64,000 nucleotides of DNA from an uncultured Bacteroidales bacterium (GCA_963732115.1 CAVSYN010000001.1:9341-73340), one strand, 5' to 3'; counted from the first letter of the stretch, positions 33,439-44,504 are shown. The notes: a model not told the origin generated them from the sequence alone. A program made the numbers and translations.

Positions 33439-35103
33439 TTATTTCAGGCCCGCATTTATCAGCTCACTTGCGTTTTTGATTGCTGTTTCAGTTATCTCAC
33501 TGCCACTCAGTAATCTTGCAACCTCAATTACTCTTTCGTCATCTGATAACAACCTGATGCGTGTAATTGTTGAATCCTCAGTTTCTTCTTTGTAAACATG
33601 ATAGTGTTGTGTTCCTCTGGAAGCCACCTGGGGCAAGTGGGTTATATTTACCACTTGCATATATCTCCCCATATCTGAAAGGATCTGCCCTACCTTGTCG
33701 GCAACTTCTCCAGAAACTCCTGAATCAATCTCATCGAATATTATGGTCGGTAAATTATTATTTTTCGTCAGCATCGACTTCAGGCTGAGCATGACACGCG
33801 ATAATTCTCCACCGGAAGCAACCTTTGTAATATTTTCAGGTTCAATCTGTTTATTTGCTGAGAACAGAAAATCTGCATTATCTATTCCGGAGTAAGCAAA
33901 GTCCTTTGTCCGGGTAAGGGAGATCCTGAACTTTGCATTCGGCATCCCAAGCTGCTTAAGCGACTCCGTGATCTTTTTCTCGGTTTCAGGTAATATTGTC
34001 TTTCTCTTTTTTGAGATCGCTTCAGACAGATTTGTAAGGATTTCAGTCTGCGTCTTTAAGAGATATTCCAGCTCCGCCAGCCTGTCATCGCTGGTGACTA
34101 TCGACCTGATAATTCCATTAATTTCCTCCTTTTTCACTAAAAGCTCATCAAGATTCTTCACACGGTGTTTCTGAATCAGCAGATAAATATGGTCCAGACG
34201 GTTATTGACCTTTTCCAGGCGGCCAGGGTCAGCTTCAATTTGCTGGGCGAGCTTATCGATCTCATTCGTAAGATCATCGAGTTCAATATATGCAGAGTTT
34301 AACCTGTTCACTATATTTTTTTCCTCAGGAAGGAATGCGCTTATCTTTCCTAGCGTGGTTCTTACCTCATTTAGCAACGGGATAACCGATTTGTCGTCCA
34401 GGCTGAGCAACTGCGACGAATATGCAAGCGCCTGCCTGATCTCTCCGGCATGGGATAGAAGTTCCTGCTCCTTTTCAAGATCATCCTGTTCGCCTTTCTC
34501 CAGTTTAGCCTCTTCAATCTGGTCCAGCTGAAACTGATAATACTCCAGGTCAGCTTTATTTTTTTCAGACTTTTCTTTTAATTCATTATACTCCTTCCGG
34601 AGTTTTTTGAAAATAGCAAAAGCAGTCTTGTAGTCATTCCTGGGTAAGGATGTCCCTGCAAATGAATCTATTATATTGAGCTGGAAGTTATTGTCGTTGA
34701 GCAAGAGCATCTGATGCTGGGAGTGTATGTCGATAAGCCTGTCTCCCAGCTCTTTCATCAGATTTACGGTTACCGGCGTATCATTTATAAAACCGCGCGA
34801 TTTTCCTGCAGGAGTAATTTCTCTTCTGAGTATAGCAACTGTTTCAAAATCAAGATCATTAGTAACAAAGAAGTCCTTGAGGTCATATTCGTCGATTTTA
34901 AAAGCACCTTCAACCACACATTTTACTTTCTTATCAAGAAGCACCGAAGTATCTGCTCTCGTTCCAAGTATAAGTGACAGTGCCCCAAGAAGAATTGATT
35001 TGCCGGCTCCGGTTTCACCAGTGATTATGGTAAGGCCATTTTCAAGATTCAGGTCCAGTTCCTTTATCAGCGCATAATTATGGACGGTAAGTTTTGCAAG
35101 CAT
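33439..35103 (-). CDS. recN: DNA repair protein RecN
   Basis: TGETGAGKSI, IHSQHQ, VASGGELSR, IFDEIDSGVSG, ITHLPQVA. Confidence 0.97.
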   Translation of the reverse strand: MLAKLTVHNYALIKELDLNLENGLTIITGETGAGKSILLGALSLILGTRADTSVLLDKKVKCVVEGAFKIDEYDLKDFFVTNDLDFETVAILRREITPAGKSRGFINDTPVTVNLMKELGDRLIDIHSQHQMLLLNDNNFQLNIIDSFAGTSLPRNDYKTAFAIFKKLRKEYNELKEKSEKNKADLEYYQFQLDQIEEAKLEKGEQDDLEKEQELLSHAGEIRQALAYSSQLLSLDDKSVIPLLNEVRTTLGKISAFLPEEKNIVNRLNSAYIELDDLTNEIDKLAQQIEADPGRLEKVNNRLDHIYLLIQKHRVKNLDELLVKKEEINGIIRSIVTSDDRLAELEYLLKTQTEILTNLSEAISKKRKTILPETEKKITESLKQLGMPNAKFRISLTRTKDFAYSGIDNADFLFSANKQIEPENITKVASGGELSRVMLSLKSMLTKNNNLPTIIFDEIDSGVSGEVADKVGQILSDMGRYMQVVNITHLPQVASRGTQHYHVYKEETEDSTITRIRLLSDDERVIEVARLLSGSEITETAIKNASELINAGLK

Positions 35104-35112
35104 TGCCTGAAA

Positions 35113-36045
35113 TTAAACTGAGTTTGCTGAGGTGATCTTTTCATATTTTGCCTTGTTTGCCGGATCGATTTCAATCAGGATCTGGACAGCACGGCTTTTT
35201 TCTTCAGGGAACGCATCGGAAAAAATATTTACGAGTTCATCAGCTTTCGATTCCATAACAACCTGTATCAGGTACATGAATGGGTCGGGTTTAGCCCTGT
35301 AAACCTCCAGAAGCAATTTCAGGCTCTCAACGATATTTGCCCTGGCTTCCGGCGTTTTTGATTCCATCCTGTCAAGACCATTAATGTCATATTCATATAT
35401 AAACCTTCTGACTCCTTCATATTCTTTGTCAAGTATGTTCTTAACAAGCCAGTACCTGTTTCTGTTTCTCGATCCGTCATAGGGTTTCCACCCCGGTTCC
35501 GACGCATTCTGGGCGTTGGTAACAATTTTCTCGGCTACCTGGAAAAACTCGGTACCACCTAAAGGTGAAAAGGAATCATAATCAAAACCCAGTATGACAT
35601 AAGTGTAGTAAGCAAGAACCGACACCAGGCTGGATCGGTATGAGTTGGGGTCAAATTCCAAAGGTTGAAATTCAACATATCTGAACTGGAAATTATTATC
35701 GATAAAATTCAGCATTGTTGAATTATATGTAGTGTTAAAAACCGGACGACGCAACTGAATCTGAATTGTTCCCTTGAATTCATCTGCAGAAAGCTGGTCG
35801 GTAAGGTTAATGAGTATGTTACAGTCAATTCGTTCAGCATAACTGAAAACATGGTTGGTCCAGATTGTGTTGTTCATGAACTCGTAAAGATCACGCTGCA
35901 TCGATTCAAAAACCTGACGGTTCGATCCCTGGATCTTCTGAGCCGATATCTGCACATTACAGTTAAGTTCCTGTGATCTTACTTGTGTAAGGTTCAACAA
36001 TGGAATTGTGAGAAACGAATATTTTAAAAATCGTAATAATTTCAT
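35113..36045 (-). CDS. DUF4835 family protein (PorD-like)
   Basis: QELNCNVQI, FMNNTIWT, GFDYDSFS..GG, NRYWL; conserved position between coaBC and recN. Confidence 0.88.
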   Translation of the reverse strand: MKLLRFLKYSFLTIPLLNLTQVRSQELNCNVQISAQKIQGSNRQVFESMQRDLYEFMNNTIWTNHVFSYAERIDCNILINLTDQLSADEFKGTIQIQLRRPVFNTTYNSTMLNFIDNNFQFRYVEFQPLEFDPNSYRSSLVSVLAYYTYVILGFDYDSFSPLGGTEFFQVAEKIVTNAQNASEPGWKPYDGSRNRNRYWLVKNILDKEYEGVRRFIYEYDINGLDRMESKTPEARANIVESLKLLLEVYRAKPDPFMYLIQVVMESKADELVNIFSDAFPEEKSRAVQILIEIDPANKAKYEKITSANSV

Positions 36046-36050
36046 TCACA

Positions 36051-37261
36051 TCAACTTTTGAGCATTGAAACGATTTTATCGAGTATGTCTCCTGCCGCGT
36101 CCTCCTTTGATTTCAACTCAAATTTATCAATATTATTGTTACGGTCAATTATGGTGATCCGGTTTGTATCAAAGCCAAATCCGGCCCCTTTATCCTTCAG
36201 GGAATTCAATACTATAAGATCGAGATTTTTGCTTTTAAGCTTTGAAGTTGCATTGGCAATCTCATTATCAGTTTCAAGTGCAAAACCTGCAATAATCTGG
36301 GTTTTCTTTTTCAGTTTTCCGAGAGCAGCTGCAATATCCCTGGTAGGTTTTAATCTCATTATGATTTCACTACCCGTCCTTTTCAGTTTCGTGACTGCCA
36401 CTTCCTCAGCAGTGTAATCTGCTACTGCTGCAGCCAGAATAGCAATATCGCATTTGTTAAATCGGTTGATACATTCATCAGCCATGTTTTCGGCAGTAAT
36501 GACCTTAATTATTTTAATCGATTTGTTCTCAGTGAGTCTTGATACCGGTCCGATTACAAGCTCCACTTCAGCGCCGTACTCTGCAGCTGCTTCAGCCAGA
36601 GCAATACCCATTTTGCCTGAGGAATAATTGCTTATAAACCGTACGGGATCGATCGGTTCCTGGGTGGGACCGGCATTGATCAGCAGATGTTTGCCTCTCA
36701 GAGGCTTATATTTTTTTTTTTGAGAAGAAGTTTTTGATCTCATTTACGATCTCATCCGGTTCTGACATACGGCCTTTGCCTGTAAGTCCGCTGGCCAGTT
36801 CCCCACGGGGAGCATCCAGAATATGATTACCGTACGACTTCAATATTTCAATATTTTTCCTTGTGGCTTTGTGGCGGAGCATATCCTCGTCCATTGAAGG
36901 AGCCACGAAGACCGGACAACGTGAAGACAGGTATGTGGTGATCAGCAGGTTATCTGCAACACCATTTGCCATTTTTGAGATCGTATTGGCTGTTGCGGGG
37001 GCAATCAGGAAAAGATCAGCCCAGATACCAAGATCCACGTGGCTGTTCCAGCTACCGTTTTCAGGACTGAAAAATTCGGAAAGAACCGGGTTTTTTGAAA
37101 GTGTTGCAAGTGTCAGCGGTGTAATAAAGGCTTTTGAATGGTCAGTCATTATTACTTTAACTTCTGATACCTTCCTTAACCAGTAATCGGATGATTGTAG
37201 CAGTTTTATAAGCTGCAATACCTCCCGTTACCCCGATAAGTATTTTCTTTCCTTTCAGCAT
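36051..37261 (-). CDS. coaBC: Bifunctional phosphopantothenoylcysteine decarboxylase/ligase (frameshifts, one in the poly-T run near 36715)
   Basis: GVTGGIAAYK, APATANT, APSMDEDM, GKGRMSEP, AGPTQEPIDPVRFISNYSSGKMG, GFALET. Confidence 0.95.
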
Positions 37262-37267
37262 CGGGTG

Positions 37268-37606
37268 CTAAACTTTACTTTTACCTGTGCCTGAATCCGG
37301 GTTTCTGTAAAAAATTTTACCCTCCTCAAGCTCCTGGAGTGCAATAAGAGTTGGCTTGGGAAGACGTTCGTAGAATTTTGAAATCTCTATCTGTTCGCGG
37401 TTCTCAAAAACCTCTTCAAGATTATCTGTATAAGATGCGAATTCTTCAAGTTTTTTGTTGAGTTCCTGTTTCATCTCAACTGAAATCTGGTTTGACCTGC
37501 GTGAAACAATTATAACTGTTTCATAAATGTTTCCGGTATCCTGAGTCAGCGAATCCAGATTCCGGGTAACCGTAGTTACCGGTGCGTTTGATTTTCTATA
37601 ATCCAT
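37268..37606 (-). CDS. rpoZ: RNA polymerase omega subunit (Bacteroidota type)
   Basis: TGNIYE, LEEVFENREQIEISKFYERLPKP. Confidence 0.9.
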   Translation of the reverse strand: MDYRKSNAPVTTVTRNLDSLTQDTGNIYETVIIVSRRSNQISVEMKQELNKKLEEFASYTDNLEEVFENREQIEISKFYERLPKPTLIALQELEEGKIFYRNPDSGTGKSKV

Positions 37607-37612
37607 ATATAT

Positions 37613-38431
37613 TTATTGAATGTTGCTTAAGTTTGCCGTATCTCCCAGTTTAAGATATTTTGCTGTATCCTGGTAGATTCTTTTCACTTCTTTTGAATAT
37701 TTGCTTTCAGGGTACTCTTCCATAAATGAAAAGTATTCATCGAGCGCGGCCTGATACCTCTCTTTCTGCCTGGTTACCAAACTTTTCTCAGCAAAAAGAT
37801 AAAGCGAGCTAAGCTTAAGGTACATCATTTCCTCCCTGTACCTGGAATCTGAAAACTCCTTCAGGCTGTTTGTCAGGGCTGTTATAGCCGCTTTGTATTC
37901 CTTCATGTTGTAGTAAAGAGTCGCATTCAGATAAGACTTTTCCACAAGTCTGTCCTGCAACTCCTTTATAAAATCCTTAGCTTCCTGAACCTTTGGGCTT
38001 AAAGGGAACCTGTTGATAAATACATTAAATCCTTCTATGGCATCTCTGCTGTTTTGCTGGTCAAGTTCCGCCCGCGGTGAAAGACTGTAATCGCACTTTG
38101 CACCAAGAAATGTTGCATCCTCGGCATATTTACCGAACGGATACTGTTCCACCAGCGATTTATAATAGCTTCCGGCCATATCGAACTGTCTCATCCCATA
38201 GTAGCTCTGTGCATTAAGCCAGTTCAGTTCTTCGGCTTCTTCGGTTGCTCGAAATCGAGGAATGACCTGGCTCAGCAGTTCCGAGGCTTTTGCATACTGC
38301 TTTGTATCATAGTATTCCCTGGCTTTGGTTTTCTTAAGATCATAGTCAGAGCTCTTGAGCAGTTTCTCATATTCACCGCAGGAACTCACCAATATGGAAA
38401 TTATAAGAACTATAAATATCCTGACTTTCAT
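37613..38431 (-). CDS. bamD: Outer-membrane assembly lipoprotein BamD
   Basis: Lipobox VSSC-GEYEKLLKS, SPRAELDQ, TPR-like helices; bamD-rpoZ-coaBC synteny. Confidence 0.9.
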   Translation of the reverse strand: MKVRIFIVLIISILVSSCGEYEKLLKSSDYDLKKTKAREYYDTKQYAKASELLSQVIPRFRATEEAEELNWLNAQSYYGMRQFDMAGSYYKSLVEQYPFGKYAEDATFLGAKCDYSLSPRAELDQQNSRDAIEGFNVFINRFPLSPKVQEAKDFIKELQDRLVEKSYLNATLYYNMKEYKAAITALTNSLKEFSDSRYREEMMYLKLSSLYLFAEKSLVTRQKERYQAALDEYFSFMEEYPESKYSKEVKRIYQDTAKYLKLGDTANLSNIQ

Positions 38432-38655
38432 ACTGAAAAATGTTGCGCAAAATTAGTATATTTTTTTGAATTGAGATACATAAAAACAATATTTAACTGT
38501 ATCCTATCCCGATCTAATCCTGTCTTTCTCATCAGTTGACTAAACCAACCATCATGACTTTAAAGGCAGTTTAGTTTTGGAATTCAAGTGAAAGCATCCT
38601 GAGCTTAGTGAATAAATTAGGTATAAATAGGTAGCAGGTAGTCTACCTTTATACT

Positions 38656-38663
38656 TACATTTG
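38656..38663 (+). promoter_or_regulatory. Bacteroidota -7 promoter element
   Basis: TACATTTG upstream of the ATG at 38690. Confidence 0.5.
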
Positions 38664-38689
38664 TGCAAATTTCTTAAAAGCACTTCAAA

Positions 38690-39934
38690 ATGGATATTTT
38701 CGATAAAATCAAATCTAACAAAGGCTCATTGGGCCAGTATTCTGACATGGCTCACGGCTATTTTACATTCCCCAAGCTGGAGGGAGAAATAGCACCCCGG
38801 ATGAAGTTCAGGGGCAAAGAGGTCCTCACCTGGAGCCTTAACAATTATCTCGGTCTCGCAAACAACCCCGAGGTCAGAAAAGCCGATGCAGAATATACAG
38901 AAAAATATGGTCTGGCTTACCCGATGGGCGCCAGGATGATGTCGGGTCAGACTTCCAATCATGAAAGATTTGAAAAGATGGCAGCCGAGTTTGAAATGAA
39001 GGAAGATGCTTATCTTCTTAATTACGGTTACCAGGGCATGGTATCAATTATTGACTCGCTTGTTGACAGGCACGATGTTATTGTTTATGATTCCGATTCA
39101 CATGCCTGCATCATGGACGGTCTGAGGCTGCATTTCGGTAAAAGGTTTGTCTATCCGCATAATGATATTGAAAGCTGCGAGAAACAGCTTCAGCGCGCTT
39201 CAAAGCTCACTGAGGAATCAGGCGGAGGAATTCTTGTAATCACTGAAGGGGTATTCGGGATGGCCGGAGATCTCGGAAAGCTTGATAAAATTACAGCGCT
39301 AAAGAAGAAATATAATTTCCGTTTCCTTGTAGATGATGCCCACGGGTTTGGTACAATGGGGGCAAACGGAAGGGGAACCGGCGAACATTTTGGCGTTCAG
39401 GATAAGATTGATGTCTATTTTGCAACCTTTGCCAAGTCGATGGCCGGGATCGGCGGCTTTGTAGCCAGCAGCAAAGATGTTATAAATTATCTGCGCTATA
39501 ATCTTCGTTCCCAGATCTATGCTAAAGCGTTGCCAATGGCAATGACCCTTGGTGCTATCAAAAGACTCGAAATTATTCAGGCTCACCCTGAATACCGCGA
39601 GAGACTGTGGAAAATAGTCAGGGCTCTTCAAAAAGGTTTAAGGGAAGAGGGGCTTGACCTCGGAAGGACCGAATCACCGGTCACTCCCGTATTTATTAAG
39701 GGAGGTGTGACACAGGTCACGCAGCTGCTCTATGATCTCCGCGAGAACTATAGTATTTTCTGTTCAGTGGTTATTTATCCTGTTGTTCCAAAGGATGTTA
39801 TAATGTTAAGACTCATCCCGACAGCTGTTCACTCGCTGGAGGATGTCGAATATACTGTAAAAACCTTTAAGGAGATAAAAAGAAAGATTGACTTTGATGA
39901 GTATCCTCATGAGATGGCGGATTTCACAAAGTAA
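38690..39934 (+). CDS. Alpha-oxoamine synthase family PLP enzyme (serine palmitoyltransferase / BioF-like)
   Basis: WSLNNYLGL, SHACIMDG, EGVFGMAGD, VDDAHGFG, TFAKS (PLP lysine). Confidence 0.85.
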   Translation: MDIFDKIKSNKGSLGQYSDMAHGYFTFPKLEGEIAPRMKFRGKEVLTWSLNNYLGLANNPEVRKADAEYTEKYGLAYPMGARMMSGQTSNHERFEKMAAEFEMKEDAYLLNYGYQGMVSIIDSLVDRHDVIVYDSDSHACIMDGLRLHFGKRFVYPHNDIESCEKQLQRASKLTEESGGGILVITEGVFGMAGDLGKLDKITALKKKYNFRFLVDDAHGFGTMGANGRGTGEHFGVQDKIDVYFATFAKSMAGIGGFVASSKDVINYLRYNLRSQIYAKALPMAMTLGAIKRLEIIQAHPEYRERLWKIVRALQKGLREEGLDLGRTESPVTPVFIKGGVTQVTQLLYDLRENYSIFCSVVIYPVVPKDVIMLRLIPTAVHSLEDVEYTVKTFKEIKRKIDFDEYPHEMADFTK

Positions 39935-40146
39935 ATAGCGAAGTTTTTATTTAGAATTGAATAAGGACCTTTTTTACTTCTTCTCCAAGCGGGGATTAAG
40001 GGGTTAATTAATAATTCTAAATTTTTAGTTATTATCTTTTACATACGATTGAACAAAAGGTGCCTTTATCTGGTTTAAAGCTTATCATATACCCTGATTT
40101 AATTTCGTAGTATTCATTTTTAAATAAGAACCTTGCACCCCGGTTT

Positions 40147-40839
40147 ATGGAAGCAAAAAAAGATAAAGACCAGAATAATATATTGAAGGCATACAATCTT
40201 CTGCTCTATTTTGCCGGCAGCATGGTTATGTATGAACCCGTAGAGGAATGCGTTGTTGATTTCTGGTCTAATGGAATTCTAAGCAAGCTCCCTGTCTCAA
40301 GCCGCAATCCCAGGTTCATGGAGGCAGCATCCAAACTCAGATGTTCTTGTGAGGATAAGGTTACATGCAAAGAAATCTTGATGAAAGATTACAACAAATT
40401 GTTTGCAGGTGCCGGACAATCAGTTGCCTCTCCGGTAAAATCAAATTACCTGGTTGATACAGCGGTTAATGGTTCGGGTCATAAGACAGAAGAGGTAGGT
40501 GATTTTTACGATTCATACGGCTGGCGGTTCAGATCGCGGTACAGTATTCCTGACGATAATCTTGGAATAGAACTTCTTTTCCTCACCAAACTAAATGATC
40601 AGTATATTATCCTGGATGATGAAGCCTGCAGGAGGGAAATGAGAAATGAAATAAGGCGGTTTATTGAAAAACATCTTTTGTCATGGCTTCCGAAATGGAA
40701 CCAGCGGGTTCAGGAGAATGCCGGCACAATGTGCTACAAGGGAATAGCTACTCTCATTTATGCCAGTTGTGAAGACATATTTAACCTGCTTGACAATTCA
40801 ATTCCTTTAACGGATTTCACCGTTGCTGTTAAAAATTAG
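40147..40839 (+). CDS. TorD/DmsD family molybdoenzyme chaperone
   Basis: DYNKLFAG, SPVKSNY, PDDNLGIELLF (PDH-like), FIEKHLLSWLP. Confidence 0.75.
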   Translation: MEAKKDKDQNNILKAYNLLLYFAGSMVMYEPVEECVVDFWSNGILSKLPVSSRNPRFMEAASKLRCSCEDKVTCKEILMKDYNKLFAGAGQSVASPVKSNYLVDTAVNGSGHKTEEVGDFYDSYGWRFRSRYSIPDDNLGIELLFLTKLNDQYIILDDEACRREMRNEIRRFIEKHLLSWLPKWNQRVQENAGTMCYKGIATLIYASCEDIFNLLDNSIPLTDFTVAVKN

Positions 40840-41221
40840 GATTGAAGAAATTTTTTATAGCTTCCATATAGTATTCCCTCCATCCTTCAGAAATATCAGT
40901 GAAATCCTCATCAGGGATATTGGAATGTTCTATAGTAACCTGTGAGTTCTCTCCATCGGGAGTGATACTGATCGTCACAATCGATTTTTCAGGCTGATCG
41001 CCGAAATACCACTCCTGAACCACTTTCCTGTCGGGGATGAATTCCAGATTTTTGCCTGTGATGTCACCTTCCCAGAGGGAAAATTCCGAGCCGGACTCAG
41101 TTGACATTTTAGCAGGATAGCCGGACCAAAGCTCAATTGTGTTAGGATTCGTCAATGCTGAATAAATGTCGGATGGTTCAGCGTTTATTTTGAATGTCTT
41201 TTTGAAAGTCTTCATCTTTAC
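40829..41221 (-). CDS. SRPBCC / AHSA1 domain protein
   Basis: IYSALTNP, FSLWEGDITG, VVQEWYF, HSNIP, GWREYY. Confidence 0.85.
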   Translation of the reverse strand, partial: VKMKTFKKTFKINAEPSDIYSALTNPNTIELWSGYPAKMSTESGSEFSLWEGDITGKNLEFIPDRKVVQEWYFGDQPEKSIVTISITPDGENSQVTIEHSNIPDEDFTDISEGWREYYMEAIKNFFNPNF

Positions 41222-41238
41222 AAACTTCATTGCATATC

Positions 41239-42234
41239 TCATTGAATCTCTGATAAATATCGCTCTGCATCAATTGCTGCCATGCATCCAGAGCCGGCAG
41301 CCGTAACAGCCTGGCGGTAAACCGGATCCTGAACATCCCCAGCCGCAAATACTCCAGGAACATTAGTTTTAGATGTGCCCGGGACAGTTTTGATATAACC
41401 TATCTGGTCAGTTTCCAAATATTTACTGAAGACCTCCGAATTCGGATTATGGCCGATAGCAAGGAACAGCCCATCAATCTTCATTCGGATTATCTCTTCT
41501 TCCGGCGTTCCTTTTTTCTTTGCAAGAACGATCCCTTCAACAGTATTTTCACCAAACAGATCCACTGCCTGGTGTTCCCATAAAATCTTAATATTCGATG
41601 TACTCATCACCTTTTGCTGCATCACCTGCGATGCCCTCAAAACATTTCTTCTCACAACAAGGTAAACAGTCTTGCACAATCCTGCAAGATATGTGGATTC
41701 CTCCGCGGCGGTATCCCCTCCACCAACAACGGCAACAACCTTCCCTTTGTAAAAGAATCCATCGCAGGTAGCACATGCAGATACACCCATCCCTGCATAA
41801 TGCTTTTCAGCTTCAAGTCCCAGATATTTTGCAGTTGCACCAGTAGCAATGATCACTGAATCAGCTTCAATAAGCTTACTTCCGTCTATAATCACCTTAT
41901 GAACTTTTCCTGAAAAATCAACATCAGTAGCTTCTCCAAAGCGGACTTCTGTTCCAAAACGTTCAGCCTGTTTCCTAAAATCTTCCATCATAATTGGTCC
42001 TGTCACTCCATCAGGATAACCAGGATAATTCTCAACTTCCGTTGTAATTGTCAGTTGCCCACCCATCTGAATACCAGTGTACAAAACAGGATGAAGGTTA
42101 GCTCTTGCAGCATAGATTGCGGCCGTATAACCTGCAGGACCGGAACCAATTATCAGACACTTCACTCTGCCGATATTTTCAATTTCTGAAGGTGTTTCCG
42201 GTTTAAAAAGATCCATTGGTTTAAATAATTCCAT
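41239..42234 (-). CDS. trxB: Thioredoxin-disulfide reductase
   Basis: IIGSGPAGYTAA, GVSACATCDG, GGGDTAAEE, AAGDVQD..YRQAVTAAGSG. Confidence 0.97.
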   Translation of the reverse strand: MELFKPMDLFKPETPSEIENIGRVKCLIIGSGPAGYTAAIYAARANLHPVLYTGIQMGGQLTITTEVENYPGYPDGVTGPIMMEDFRKQAERFGTEVRFGEATDVDFSGKVHKVIIDGSKLIEADSVIIATGATAKYLGLEAEKHYAGMGVSACATCDGFFYKGKVVAVVGGGDTAAEESTYLAGLCKTVYLVVRRNVLRASQVMQQKVMSTSNIKILWEHQAVDLFGENTVEGIVLAKKKGTPEEEIIRMKIDGLFLAIGHNPNSEVFSKYLETDQIGYIKTVPGTSKTNVPGVFAAGDVQDPVYRQAVTAAGSGCMAAIDAERYLSEIQ

Positions 42235-42341
42235 AAACAGATTGTTACTTTACTGAATAAACACAAATAAAATTCTACAATGACATGGTAATGTAACTTT
42301 TACGGTCTCTTTGGTTACTGATCCCAGAAACCTCAAATATA

Positions 42342-43154
42342 TCATTTTTGCAGAGTAATCAGCAAATGGTCAGACGAAATAAGCCTTAAAGTTTCACCGG
42401 TTGAAAGCTTCTGGTCTGATTCAGATAACGTTACATTCTCCCAATGATGGAGTTTCAGAAATTCAGAAATGGATTCATCATTTTTAAATTTAACTGATAA
42501 TCTGATCTTCCCATCTTCATTTAAAACAACTGCAGTATAACCGTAGATCCCTGAAAAAAAGTCTTCCAGATCGGGTGATCCGTTAACAATTCCCAGGCGA
42601 CCTTTTGCCAGGAAACAACCTATTCTGAAAGCTTCAGCAGGTACTCCAGGCAAATAACCCGAAAGATCCGGATCAGGCCCGGTGATTCTCCCTGTAAGAA
42701 TTTTCCCCAGCTTCAACATTGCAGTACTGTCTGACTCAGTACCTGTTCCGTTTATAATGCTTATATAGTATGGTCCCTTACAAACTTGCAGCTGATACCT
42801 TGTCAAACAAGTAAAACTTGCAACAGGGGACGTACTTAGACACCTGTATTTTGACACTGAAAAGATCCCGAAGGCTTCTTCAGGTCCGGTCATTTTATAA
42901 ACTTCCGTTTTATATTTCCCTCCCAGAAATGAAATCTCACCTACAACAGCACTTGAGAATCCGTATTCAAGATAAAGCTCTGCGCCTCCATCGATATATC
43001 CAAAGAGAGAGGTTCCTCTAAATACTCTCGGGACAGAGAATCCGGCCCCTGGCAGATCTGCTTTTGTAATAAAAGGGAATCCTTCCGGAATCTGCGAGGA
43101 ACAGGCCAGGACATCTAAAAAAAGTAAAACGAAAGTTAAGAGATATTTAGACAT
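42342..43154 (-). CDS. DUF6599-like exported protein
   Basis: LFGYIDGGAELYLEYGF, AFGIFS motifs; signal-like N-terminus from MSKYLL. Confidence 0.7.
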   Translation of the reverse strand: MSKYLLTFVLLFLDVLACSSQIPEGFPFITKADLPGAGFSVPRVFRGTSLFGYIDGGAELYLEYGFSSAVVGEISFLGGKYKTEVYKMTGPEEAFGIFSVSKYRCLSTSPVASFTCLTRYQLQVCKGPYYISIINGTGTESDSTAMLKLGKILTGRITGPDPDLSGYLPGVPAEAFRIGCFLAKGRLGIVNGSPDLEDFFSGIYGYTAVVLNEDGKIRLSVKFKNDESISEFLKLHHWENVTLSESDQKLSTGETLRLISSDHLLITLQK

Positions 43155-43247
43155 AGCTATTTTGGTGTGCGGGGTGCAAGGTAAATTCAGGCTTGGAGCA
43201 GGGGGCATTCAGAAGTGGAATAAGGTGATGTTTTTCCTTTTTTAGCA

Positions 43248-44414
43248 TCAACTCAAATCAAACGATCTTAAGTCTATTTTACTTCTATCTGAGACACCTA
43301 ATCCTAAGGCGGTTGCCATTACCAGAAATGTCAGGGATTCCGGAGTCGCTTTTTTCTGGATACCCTCTGCAATTCTTTTTTCAGCAATGATATCATAACC
43401 TATCCTGTCCATTGCAACCGGATCGGACGAAACAAGCAGTGAATTATAATTGCAGATAAACTGTGCATTAGCTCCCGGTCCGCCATTAAAGCAGCCACGA
43501 AGACCATCGCTGATATTCAGTACTACCTTGTCACGTAAAGGAGCAAAGGCACAAACCTCTGCGCATGTATCATTCCAGAGGCTGGTATGAAGCCTTCCTG
43601 TATTAGATACGGACCCGAAAGCAAGATTTTTCATTGCGTTGGTAATAGATCCTCCCGCATTTTTAAGTATAGGAATATTTATGATCTTATCAACTTCCCG
43701 GGTTATAATCTTTGTAAAGTAGGAGAATTTTCCGGTATTGATCATGTAAGGCATAGTTTCGGCATCATATTCACCTTCAACATCTGCCCAGTAGTACCAT
43801 TCCCTGTCAATGTTTCTTTCCCCGTAAAGTTTTCCCTCCTTATCTACAAATGAACCATTTTCATCCTGCTGTTCGGTTCCTGCGATCCTGATCCCGGGAT
43901 AGTTTTGATAAGTAAAGCCCACATCTTTAAGTTCCATCTCTCTCCTGTCCCAAATAACAATATTATTTTTGTCTATTCCGCTATCTGTTAATTGTTTAAC
44001 AACAGATTTTACGACAGCGTGACTTGTTGACAAAAGCTTGCCGGCAACCGGATTTACCTTAAGACCTATTCTTTCGCCCGGATTAACGAACGTTCTCCAG
44101 GCTTTCTTAAGGTTATTCTGGCCAGTCAGTTCAAGCATTGCTTTCTCAAGCATAATATATGCGATAGATTCAACAGGTTCATCATTTGCAACTGCATCCT
44201 TATGCTTTATAAGTACGACTCTGCCAGGGTATTTTCCAGGCATGGAATCCGGTTTTCTCGGTACCTTAAGTGCATCACTTATACTTGTTGCAGGTTTGGA
44301 TGACGACTGCTGAGCAAAGGATGCCTTAGAAACCAGCGGACTTACAGCCATTGCGGCTCCTCCGGCTCCGATTATAGTGAAAAATTTTCTGCGATTTAAA
44401 GATTTGCTTTTCAT
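43248..44414 (-). CDS. Tat-exported DUF362 domain protein
   Basis: Tat motif NRRKFF, IGLKVNP, INIPILKN, MKNLAFG, SDPVAMD. Confidence 0.85.
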   Translation of the reverse strand: MKSKSLNRRKFFTIIGAGGAAMAVSPLVSKASFAQQSSSKPATSISDALKVPRKPDSMPGKYPGRVVLIKHKDAVANDEPVESIAYIMLEKAMLELTGQNNLKKAWRTFVNPGERIGLKVNPVAGKLLSTSHAVVKSVVKQLTDSGIDKNNIVIWDRREMELKDVGFTYQNYPGIRIAGTEQQDENGSFVDKEGKLYGERNIDREWYYWADVEGEYDAETMPYMINTGKFSYFTKIITREVDKIINIPILKNAGGSITNAMKNLAFGSVSNTGRLHTSLWNDTCAEVCAFAPLRDKVVLNISDGLRGCFNGGPGANAQFICNYNSLLVSSDPVAMDRIGYDIIAEKRIAEGIQKKATPESLTFLVMATALGLGVSDRSKIDLRSFDLS

Positions 44415-44504
44415 AAAATAAAGCGCTTATTTTAAAAATTACAGTTTCAAATATAGCCAATAAACATAAAGTAATTGATCCATTGTTACATGTAACATGA
44501 CATT

